Positions 56,184 through 64,000 of a DNA stretch of 64,000 nt are shown here, piece by piece. Under the pieces are notes generated by a model, which had not been told where the DNA came from, ran no database searches, and was given only the letters and a program-made list of their open reading frames with translations. A program made the position numbers and the translations under genes. How positions within the stretch are numbered: the stretch's first letter is position 1; each line of letters starts with the position of its first letter. This DNA is from Escherichia phage REP1. The stretch lies in sequence record OQ174500.1; one strand, written 5' to 3'.

Positions 56184-59100
56184 TTACATAAGTTTAGATT
56201 CAAGTTCTTTTACACGAGAAGAAAGTGTTTTCACAGCTTCAACCAGAAGAGCAATCTGGGATTGAGAAGAAACAGTGAGTATTTTATTACCCTTAATATC
56301 TTCAACTTCACGAACTGCTTCTGGTAAAACATCTTGCAGTGTTTGAGCCACAATACCCGCTTCAGTTTGAACAATTTCACCGCCTATATAGTCAGCTTTA
56401 TCATAGATTAAACCATCAAGCTGTTCAACCTTTTCAAGAGCATTTTCAATAGGTCTGAAATTAGATTTCAAACGAATATCAGAACGAATATAAACGTTTG
56501 GGGCATTTATATTCATGTCAGAATAAGTGTCACCCGTTTGGAATCTCATTCGGCGTGCGGCATTAGTAATGATATCAAGAACTCCGTCAGCGGATTGTTT
56601 AATTCCGGTATCATTATCACCAAATGCTATACTATTTCCACCAAGTGCGTTATTGATATTAATACCAAATGAATTTGTTTGATTAATACCAGCTACAGTA
56701 GCATTATTTACTACAAAGCGGTTAGCTCCACCTGGAGTTTTTTCAAAGTAAGCAATATAGTTAGTTTCATCTGCAATTTCAATGCGGTTACCGCGAGAAG
56801 CATCACCAGCATGAAATATTCTCATATTTCTCGGGTTAGCACCAGACTTATCAAAGTTAATACTTCCATTATTTTTGATGTTAAGGCCATTATAAAACTC
56901 TGATACCCCAGAAACGCTCATAGAGTTTGAAATAGTTACTTTACCTGAATCGATATTGATAGAAAAAGGTCTCAAGCTATTATAAGAACCGGAGGCTTTA
57001 GTTTTATCAGTATCGGTATTTTTATCTGTTAATAATATATGGAACGTAGTACCATCATTATAAAACAGAGCAGCTGCAGAGCCACTTTCGTCGCCGTTAG
57101 ATTTGTGACGGAATCCTATAGTAGTATTTGCCACAAAAGTTGCATTTGTAGAAATATTAGAACTACCTGCATCAAAAACGCCTGAGCTATTATTAAGAAG
57201 TTTAAAAACACGACCTTTAACAGTATCTACAGGAAGCTCTTCTACTGGTGATTGTGTAGGCCCATATAATCCATGAACTACTACTGAAGCGTTTTCTGAA
57301 GTGCTATATTCTAATGTAAGTCTATTTAAATAAGTGCCACAATTAATATAAACATCATACTCATCGCCTGAGGTATTAATATACGCAATATCTTTAATAG
57401 CATCTGTTTCGCGTTGCCATAAAACACCATTAATTCCTTTAGGGCTGTTATTACCTGAACGCAATACAATTTCATTAATTGTTGCTTGTCTAAAAGTACC
57501 AACGTTAAATCCAGAACCACCAGTAATTTTAAATTGAACTGTAGCCACACCTTGAGGCATAGTTACTGTTGCCAATTTATACCAACCGCTATCGACAGAA
57601 TAATTAATCCAGCCGGTAGTTACTTTACGGTCTAAAGTAGTGTTTAAGTTAGCAAAATTACCAGAACCGTTGGTAATATTACCGTCAGTTCCTAGTTGGG
57701 CATTTCCGACTTTAAGAGGTTTACTGATTGACACGAAATTATCGCTTATAACAAGACCGTGTCCATAAGATTGACTATAAAGCGATAAATCACTTCCAGC
57801 GCCACCAAGACCAACATACCACGATCTAATTCCAGCTTTAGAACCTTGTAAATAATTAGCAGAAGAAGATGAAGGAGAATCTAGAGTAAGCGCTGCATTA
57901 CGTTCATTAATAGTTACTGGACATATCATTTTAATAGTTTTAAGACTATTACTTACTTGTAATAATCCTGTACCAGATCCAGAATCTCCTAAATGAACAT
58001 CATGCGACATTTTAACTGTGCCGGTGTTCAGTTCTATTATCAATGGTCTAAGATTACTTATACCGCCTGATTCTCCGGCACCTTTAGGAGTCGGGATAAT
58101 ATAAAGATTACTTTCCGAACGGCGGAAAATAGCACCATATTCAGCATTCCAAATTCTTAATGCATCAGCTGTTCCACCAATTTTTACCTGTCCAGTAATA
58201 GAAGAACCACCTTGGACAAACAAACCATTAGACATGGTAACATTGCCACCAAAAGAACCTGTACCAGAGGCACTTATATTTCCGAGCCCGACAATATGTC
58301 CAGTTTCGACAGTTCCGTTAAATTTAAAGTTAACCGGACCTACTGTTTGACCTGACGCAGGATTAGTACGTTGAGCGTAGAAATAATAACCTTGTGAATC
58401 TGAAACTTCGAATACAGTTTCTCTATTACCTGGAGTTGAGTTAAATGAGTTACCCCATGCTTTAATGGTTACAGTATTTTTATTCTGACCATTACGAGTG
58501 CCTGCATCCCAGTTAATGGTTTTTGTTCCGTCAACACCTGTAGGCGCTTTAAATGACAAAGCATTGGTATTGTCATCACCTGATAAAAATAACCCGGTAC
58601 GCATTGAAATACGTTGGGTTGAGTCAAATGTACCATCTGCTCTAATAGCAACTCTATTAGACCCAGTTTTAATATCTAAAATACCTGGCTCAACAAGAAG
58701 TCCATCGCCCATGTTAACAGACATACGACCCGTGCCACGGAAATAGTGATACATTTTAGAATTACTGCTATAACCGATATGAGTCTGACCGTCGCCGTTA
58801 TTATTATTACCATCAATATCGGTGCGTGCAGTAAACATTGCTTGGTTGTTATTTGGGAAATCCCAAGTAGAACCGGAATCTCGACTATAACCAACCATCA
58901 ATTTTTTAGTACTATTAATACCATTATTCAAAATGGTAGCGGATGAAATACCGTTAGCCATCAGGTCATAAACGCCATCACGGACCCATTTAATACCAGT
59001 ATCGTTATCGCCAATTGCAATACCAATGGAAATGGCAGACTCTAAAGGATAACGCCCATTTGTACCATTATCAGGAAGACCTACTGAAATAGATTTACCT

Positions 59101-59990
59101 GCGGTAATACGTCCAGAGGTATCAAACGCCCACTGGAAAGACGAAGGTCCTACGCCGGTCCACCAAGAAATTTCTTGCGGCTTTCCCGAACGACAGTCAA
59201 CTATTTCATGGAAAATGCTAGAAGTATTTGAAGCCCGCATTTTACGCATGTAGTTCAATCCGTTTGTATCACGGTCAGAACCATCTGCTGGTGGATTATA
59301 AATCCAAGTAGGTAAAGAAACAATGTCATAACCCGTGTCATTATTCGGTATAAAGGTTTTAGAACTCAGGTTAATATTTTTTGTATTGACGCGCGGTGCA
59401 GAAACAAATCCAGTTGCCGAGTTAATATTACCTGAAGCCGAAATATTACCTGCACGGACTTCAATACTGCCATTATCTACAATAAAACTACCGTTTCGAT
59501 TAAAAGTCCAATATTTTGAATCACCAGATTCATTGATATATTGAATTTTAAAACTTCCTTCATTTACTAACGTACCAACAGAAAAAGTTCCATCTTTATA
59601 GCGTTGTTTAATTAGCGGATGGTATTCTGAAGTAGAAGTAGTTGAACTCAAATCGGTAAAGATAGGAGCTTTATTTTTATGTTGGTTTGCCCAAGCACCA
59701 TTACCAGCAGTTTTAGGTAAAAATTCAATATATTTTCCTGCATAAACAAACTGGTTTCCATTAAGATTATATGTTCCATTTTGTAAATAATCACCAGTTT
59801 GAGTGATATTTCCACTGATATTACCGCCAGCGGAAATGCTTAAGTCAATGATATTTCCTGAATCATCTTTAGTAAAAATTGTTCTATCTTTTAAGTTTAT
59901 AGCCAATTCACCTTCGGCTAATACTGAAGCAGCAGGACGTGCACCTGCGATTTTGCTTCTTTTAAATTGTATTTGTTTTAAAGTAGCCAT
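56184..59990 (-). CDS. 37: long tail fibre distal subunit gp37 with C-terminal intramolecular chaperone-like domain
   Basis: 1268 aa; N-terminus and central blocks match T4 gp37; divergent C-terminal part ending ...ALLVEAVKTLSSRVKELESKLM. Confidence 0.92.
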   Translation of the reverse strand: MATLKQIQFKRSKIAGARPAASVLAEGELAINLKDRTIFTKDDSGNIIDLSISAGGNISGNITQTGDYLQNGTYNLNGNQFVYAGKYIEFLPKTAGNGAWANQHKNKAPIFTDLSSTTSTSEYHPLIKQRYKDGTFSVGTLVNEGSFKIQYINESGDSKYWTFNRNGSFIVDNGSIEVRAGNISASGNINSATGFVSAPRVNTKNINLSSKTFIPNNDTGYDIVSLPTWIYNPPADGSDRDTNGLNYMRKMRASNTSSIFHEIVDCRSGKPQEISWWTGVGPSSFQWAFDTSGRITAGKSISVGLPDNGTNGRYPLESAISIGIAIGDNDTGIKWVRDGVYDLMANGISSATILNNGINSTKKLMVGYSRDSGSTWDFPNNNQAMFTARTDIDGNNNNGDGQTHIGYSSNSKMYHYFRGTGRMSVNMGDGLLVEPGILDIKTGSNRVAIRADGTFDSTQRISMRTGLFLSGDDNTNALSFKAPTGVDGTKTINWDAGTRNGQNKNTVTIKAWGNSFNSTPGNRETVFEVSDSQGYYFYAQRTNPASGQTVGPVNFKFNGTVETGHIVGLGNISASGTGSFGGNVTMSNGLFVQGGSSITGQVKIGGTADALRIWNAEYGAIFRRSESNLYIIPTPKGAGESGGISNLRPLIIELNTGTVKMSHDVHLGDSGSGTGLLQVSNSLKTIKMICPVTINERNAALTLDSPSSSSANYLQGSKAGIRSWYVGLGGAGSDLSLYSQSYGHGLVISDNFVSISKPLKVGNAQLGTDGNITNGSGNFANLNTTLDRKVTTGWINYSVDSGWYKLATVTMPQGVATVQFKITGGSGFNVGTFRQATINEIVLRSGNNSPKGINGVLWQRETDAIKDIAYINTSGDEYDVYINCGTYLNRLTLEYSTSENASVVVHGLYGPTQSPVEELPVDTVKGRVFKLLNNSSGVFDAGSSNISTNATFVANTTIGFRHKSNGDESGSAAALFYNDGTTFHILLTDKNTDTDKTKASGSYNSLRPFSINIDSGKVTISNSMSVSGVSEFYNGLNIKNNGSINFDKSGANPRNMRIFHAGDASRGNRIEIADETNYIAYFEKTPGGANRFVVNNATVAGINQTNSFGININNALGGNSIAFGDNDTGIKQSADGVLDIITNAARRMRFQTGDTYSDMNINAPNVYIRSDIRLKSNFRPIENALEKVEQLDGLIYDKADYIGGEIVQTEAGIVAQTLQDVLPEAVREVEDIKGNKILTVSSQSQIALLVEAVKTLSSRVKELESKLM

Positions 59991-59998
59991 AAGTCCTC

Positions 59999-60661
59999 TT
60001 AATAATAGCCGAAATCTTGAACAGAATCCTTAATTACGATTTGGTCAAATCGTGGAACATGTGAAGGTTGAGATGCAGGATTCTGCGAGAAAAAGTTTGG
60101 CGCGGTTAAGTTACCTGTCATAGTGTCACCAGATCGTAACACTCTAGAGTTCGCATTTGCCGTAACAGTATTTATTGCTCCATCAACATAGTCCTTTCTA
60201 GTAAGGTCATTTGCTGATACAGGAGAAACTGCATTACTTCTTATTTGACCTACTGCTGTCACAACGCCTTTTGTACTAATATCACCATTACGTGCATTAA
60301 TTACAACAGTTCGGTCTGCTGAACCTTGTGATGATTTAAAACCAATACCATTCCATGAAACGATGTCAATATTTGCCATAGCAAAAGTAGCTGCATCACC
60401 GTTACCTGGATAAACACCGCACTGTTGACTACTACCTATAGTAGGAACATGTACTCCTCCATTAAATCGAACGGTCGCGGCGTAAGTACCACCATTAGCT
60501 TTAGAAACGAAATCGTTATCAGCAGCTTGTGGTTTATTATATTCTGAATATATTTTAAATGATTTATAGAGTACATCGTCACCGGCTGGATTCAATGGAA
60601 AATTTCCTTGATGCCAAATGACAGAGCCTCCGGTTGTTGAACCTACTTTTAAATCAGCCAT
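59999..60661 (-). CDS. 36: long tail fibre distal connector gp36
   Basis: 220 aa; matches T4 gp36. Confidence 0.93.
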   Translation of the reverse strand: MADLKVGSTTGGSVIWHQGNFPLNPAGDDVLYKSFKIYSEYNKPQAADNDFVSKANGGTYAATVRFNGGVHVPTIGSSQQCGVYPGNGDAATFAMANIDIVSWNGIGFKSSQGSADRTVVINARNGDISTKGVVTAVGQIRSNAVSPVSANDLTRKDYVDGAINTVTANANSRVLRSGDTMTGNLTAPNFFSQNPASQPSHVPRFDQIVIKDSVQDFGYY

Positions 60662-60685
60662 TGTATGCCCCTTTATTTTAATAGT

Positions 60686-60693
60686 ATTTATAA
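60686..60693 (-). promoter_or_regulatory. late promoter TATAAATA for gene 36
   Basis: Reverse complement of tatttata; followed by AAGGGG SD and ATG. Confidence 0.65.
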
Positions 60694-60694
60694 A

Positions 60695-60720
60695 GAAAAA
60701 GGGAACCCGAAGGCTCCCTC
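60695..60720 (-). terminator. rho-independent terminator after gene 35 (GGGAGCCTTCGGGTTCCC + TTTTT on - strand)
   Basis: GC hairpin with UUCG loop then T run, read on the - strand. Confidence 0.6.
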
Positions 60721-60723
60721 AAT

Positions 60724-61839
60724 TTATACTTCTCTAAATTCTTGCCCAAACACTTTACCAGTTTTAGACGATGCTTGTGTAGGAAGTACCATTATATCCG
60801 GAGGTGAAGCAGATTCACAGATATAATTAACACGAATACCATTGACGCCAAATTCAGCAGGTTTTGAAATTCCGCCATTTCTTGATACTTCAGAAAAGCT
60901 TAAATTTCTCATGCCACCTTGGCCAGCTTGTGCAGTTCTCTGTGCGTATATCGTAAATCCTACAGCGTTTTCTGGAACAACTACATAATCTTCCTTTAAT
61001 TCCCATGACCCAGCTTGCCCAGTAAACTCAGCTTGTGTCGAGGAAATATATCCATTCGATGCATTATAAAATCGAATGGATATATTCGTAGTTCCAAGAG
61101 CAAGTAAATCAGCATCAGCATATAACTGAGCTTTAAGATAAAGAACATCTCCAGGAATTAAATTATAATCAGATAATTTACTTATAGCAGCTGAAGTTGG
61201 TAATCTCGCAATTTCGTTATTAGTTCCACCGACTGCCGACATAAATTGCTCAACGCTTTCATACGTTCTTCTTGGAAACCCGGTAGCTCCTACATCTTCT
61301 AAACTATCAAATACAACATCTAAAATAGTTTGATAATCATCTGTGCTTTTTCTATTACTCAGTTTAACATGCTCTAATGCAATAGCTCTTTTAGAAGAAG
61401 TATAAAAAGCAGCATATGATACGTCAAATCTTGACAATATAGAGTCAGATGGAAAAGCAGACGTTCCGGCGGTTCTTAACCAAGATACTACTTCAGGAGG
61501 AAAATTAACCTTTCCGCTAGTTAATATAGCAACAATTCGATTATTCGTCAAAGAATTCATGAAACTAACAAAAGCAGCTGATGTAGTATCGTTTGAAGTC
61601 GAAAAGGCATATGACTTACTATCAACTAATGCTCCGGTGGAAGGGTCAAAAACTCTTAGATGAAGTCCTGCGCTAAATGTTTGATTTCCGACAGGATTAT
61701 CTTGAAATTTAACATATGGTCCTGCAGTAGAAAGCGGGCAAGAACCCGCTATACTTATTTTGTATCTTACTGAATTACTTTCCGATAAAAATGGCGTTTG
61801 GACATATCCTTGTCCAAACTCTGCCATAAATTTTTCCAT
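60724..61839 (-). CDS. 35: long tail fibre hinge connector gp35
   Basis: 371 aa; position and length as T4 gp35. Confidence 0.88.
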   Translation of the reverse strand: MEKFMAEFGQGYVQTPFLSESNSVRYKISIAGSCPLSTAGPYVKFQDNPVGNQTFSAGLHLRVFDPSTGALVDSKSYAFSTSNDTTSAAFVSFMNSLTNNRIVAILTSGKVNFPPEVVSWLRTAGTSAFPSDSILSRFDVSYAAFYTSSKRAIALEHVKLSNRKSTDDYQTILDVVFDSLEDVGATGFPRRTYESVEQFMSAVGGTNNEIARLPTSAAISKLSDYNLIPGDVLYLKAQLYADADLLALGTTNISIRFYNASNGYISSTQAEFTGQAGSWELKEDYVVVPENAVGFTIYAQRTAQAGQGGMRNLSFSEVSRNGGISKPAEFGVNGIRVNYICESASPPDIMVLPTQASSKTGKVFGQEFREV

Positions 61840-61847
61840 AATACCTC

Positions 61848-64000
61848 TTATTCAATCCATTCAAATTTAACAGATTTATTTACTGGGTCAGGAATAATGC
61901 GAACATTACCAATTCGTAAGAAATCGCGAATAGTAAGATTCCCCATTGTAGCATTATCAGATGGTAAAGCACCGATATCAGACGGCTGAGGAGGGTTACC
62001 TCCATCAAATACCTGAACAAAACTCGACCAAGAGTTTTTGGTTTTCTGCCATGTACGGGTCCAGCGAGTGGTACGTGCTTCTGGAGTCGTTGGATAAGTA
62101 ATCCAATCTTGGTAAAGCGAATCAAGTGTGTTACCAAACTGAGTCAATGTACCAGGAGATTTAACTTCTTCACCGCGTTCTAAGTATGGAAGTCCAGTCA
62201 CTTCATTAGTTTTTTCAACCATTTTAAAATAACCTGGGAACTGATTATAAGTGGCTGAATCATTAATGTCAATTGACCAGAATCCTACAGTATCAGATGT
62301 CGGTGCACGGGTGTATAAATCAGCGGTTTTAGTACCCTGAGAACGAATTCTCGAGTTAACAGTTAAACCACCTGAATTTATAGTAGCACCTTTGGCAATG
62401 ATTAAGCTTTCACCAATCGTTACTTGACCAGATGCATTATTAATAGCTAAAGGACGTAATCCATTAAATCCACCAGTCTGATCACCCGATGCAGTAAGCA
62501 TAAAATATGTGTTAGCAGCATCATTGCGAATAAAGAATCCATAATCACCGTTTATTGCTCTGAAAGCATTTGCAGACTTGCTAATGAATTCACCATTGGC
62601 TGTAACTGAACTACCAAATGTTGCTACGCCATTCGCATTCAATGAACCGGAAGCGTTAACATTTATTGGCATCACAGTACCATTAATGCTAAACGTAATA
62701 TTACCAGCTTTATTACGTTGAGAATAAAAGTGATTAGATGTTTCATCACCAACTTCAAATACAGTAGAACGTGTTGTATCTGATCCACCACCAAACTGAT
62801 TTCCCCAAACTCTGATAGTCATCGTCTGCGCTGGGTTAGTTCCAGTTTGAGGTCCTTTCTCAAAAATCAGACGAGTTGCCGTTCCAGTATTAGAAATAGT
62901 TAATGTACTATTTGCCGAAACTGAACCACCAAACGCAGCAGTACTAGATGATACAAGAGGGGCACTCAGATTCGTTTGTTGGGTTAATGTTAGTGAACCA
63001 TTAACTGTCTGCGCAATGTCCCTACGAATGAACTGAGATGAATCTAGACCATCCAATAAATTACTATCTACAGCTTTTGCTTTTAACGGCAAATAATTTG
63101 CTAATACACGGTTTAATTCATATGGTGATACTGCATAGCTATTTTTCTCATACAGTTCTAAATCTTGGGTAGAACCGACTGTATCATTACCAACGAATGT
63201 AATTGAACCAGATGAAGTTTTAACAAAACCTCTTATCGCAGTAGTAGCTGCCCAGGTAGGTTCACTCTGCACAATCCATTTTAAATTTTTTGGAGATACA
63301 GCAGTATTTGCTGATGTTCCAGTCACAGTTTCAGACTGAGTTGCAACTTTAATAACACCTTCTTGCGATTCGGTAGATTTAGTACCTAAAAGCTTTTTAG
63401 GAGTTATTAAAACATTATCTAATGTTCCTGCAGCAGCTTCAACCTGTGTAGCTACACGAAGTGTACCACGCTGTGTCTCATTTGCTTCAAGAATATTAAG
63501 GGTATAATGGTCCCAGAGAGTTCCTGATTCAACTAATCCAGATAGAGCAACAACAGAAGTACGATCAGTACTATTAAATCTGGTTTTAATTTTTAATGGT
63601 GTAGAGATACGAGTATCGTCGACGCCTGCGTCGAATTCAACTTGCGTAGCAATTTCAGCTATACCACTTAAACTTTCAGTTGCTCTACGGTCATTTAAAG
63701 TTTTAGGAGTGACTGCACGAGTATAATCAGTTCCTGTATTAACTTCACTTTGCGTAGCAATTTCAATTAAACCAATTCTTGCATCAGTTGATGTCTTTTT
63801 ATGTAACGTTTCTGGCGTTACAACCGCATTTGCCCATCCTTCTTGGCTTTGTCCAGCAATTACTTCACTTTCAACTGCTAAAATTACTGCACCTTGTTGC
63901 GTTGGAGTAGCTTTATACTGATCCAAGGCTTTAGGTGAAACAACTAAGTTATTAGTGTTTTTATTATAAACATTCGTACCATTTAATTCACGGCTAGAAG
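61848..64000 (-). CDS. 34: long tail fibre proximal subunit gp34, C-terminal portion (5' end beyond window)
   Basis: Open frame continues to the window edge; repetitive Thr/Ser/Gly-rich fibre sequence; upstream of 35 as in T4. Confidence 0.85.
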   Translation of the reverse strand, partial: SSRELNGTNVYNKNTNNLVVSPKALDQYKATPTQQGAVILAVESEVIAGQSQEGWANAVVTPETLHKKTSTDARIGLIEIATQSEVNTGTDYTRAVTPKTLNDRRATESLSGIAEIATQVEFDAGVDDTRISTPLKIKTRFNSTDRTSVVALSGLVESGTLWDHYTLNILEANETQRGTLRVATQVEAAAGTLDNVLITPKKLLGTKSTESQEGVIKVATQSETVTGTSANTAVSPKNLKWIVQSEPTWAATTAIRGFVKTSSGSITFVGNDTVGSTQDLELYEKNSYAVSPYELNRVLANYLPLKAKAVDSNLLDGLDSSQFIRRDIAQTVNGSLTLTQQTNLSAPLVSSSTAAFGGSVSANSTLTISNTGTATRLIFEKGPQTGTNPAQTMTIRVWGNQFGGGSDTTRSTVFEVGDETSNHFYSQRNKAGNITFSINGTVMPINVNASGSLNANGVATFGSSVTANGEFISKSANAFRAINGDYGFFIRNDAANTYFMLTASGDQTGGFNGLRPLAINNASGQVTIGESLIIAKGATINSGGLTVNSRIRSQGTKTADLYTRAPTSDTVGFWSIDINDSATYNQFPGYFKMVEKTNEVTGLPYLERGEEVKSPGTLTQFGNTLDSLYQDWITYPTTPEARTTRWTRTWQKTKNSWSSFVQVFDGGNPPQPSDIGALPSDNATMGNLTIRDFLRIGNVRIIPDPVNKSVKFEWIE

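Noticed and set aside
1-64000. Search for tRNA genes, CRISPR arrays, integrase/att sites or IS elements
   Set aside because: None seen; the window is a densely coding lytic-phage early region plus tail-fibre genes, and the only mobile-element candidate is the seg-like ORF

Overview
This window reads as a contiguous ~64 kb piece of a T-even (T4-like) coliphage genome, oriented opposite to the usual T4 map. It is almost entirely known phage genes, and I did not find a clearly undescribed multi-gene system. Gene content and order on the + strand are nrdC, pin, 49, nrdD, nrdG, 55, alpha-gt, 47, 46, rpbA, 45, 44, 62, regA, 43, imm region, 42, a glycosyltransferase, uvsX, 40, 41, dmd, sp, 61, 56, soc, modB, modA, dda, dexA, 39, rIIA, rIIB, denB, ndd, stp, ac, 52, motA and asiA. 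The holin t and tail-fibre genes 38, 37, 36, 35 and 34 (truncated at the window edge) follow on the - strand. Several features point to a T2/T6-type phage rather than T4 itself: an unsplit gene 39 (606 aa), an intronless nrdD, a 280-aa DXD glycosyltransferase where T4 has beta-gt, and a 261-aa glycine-rich gp38 adhesin. Regulatory signals are dense: sigma70-like early promoters with GTTTAC -35 boxes, MotA-box middle promoters, TATAAATA late promoters and many GGGCTTCGGCCC-type hairpin terminators. The most interesting items are a GIY-YIG homing-endonuclease-like ORF between alpha-gt and gene 47, a glutaredoxin-like ORF with no canonical start codon, an antisense small membrane ORF between genes 61 and 56, and several tandem paralog families. 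All identifications rest on my recall of T4 proteins and motifs read from the supplied translations; no database search was run. Coordinates for features not in the ORF track are hand-derived and may be off by 1-2 nt.
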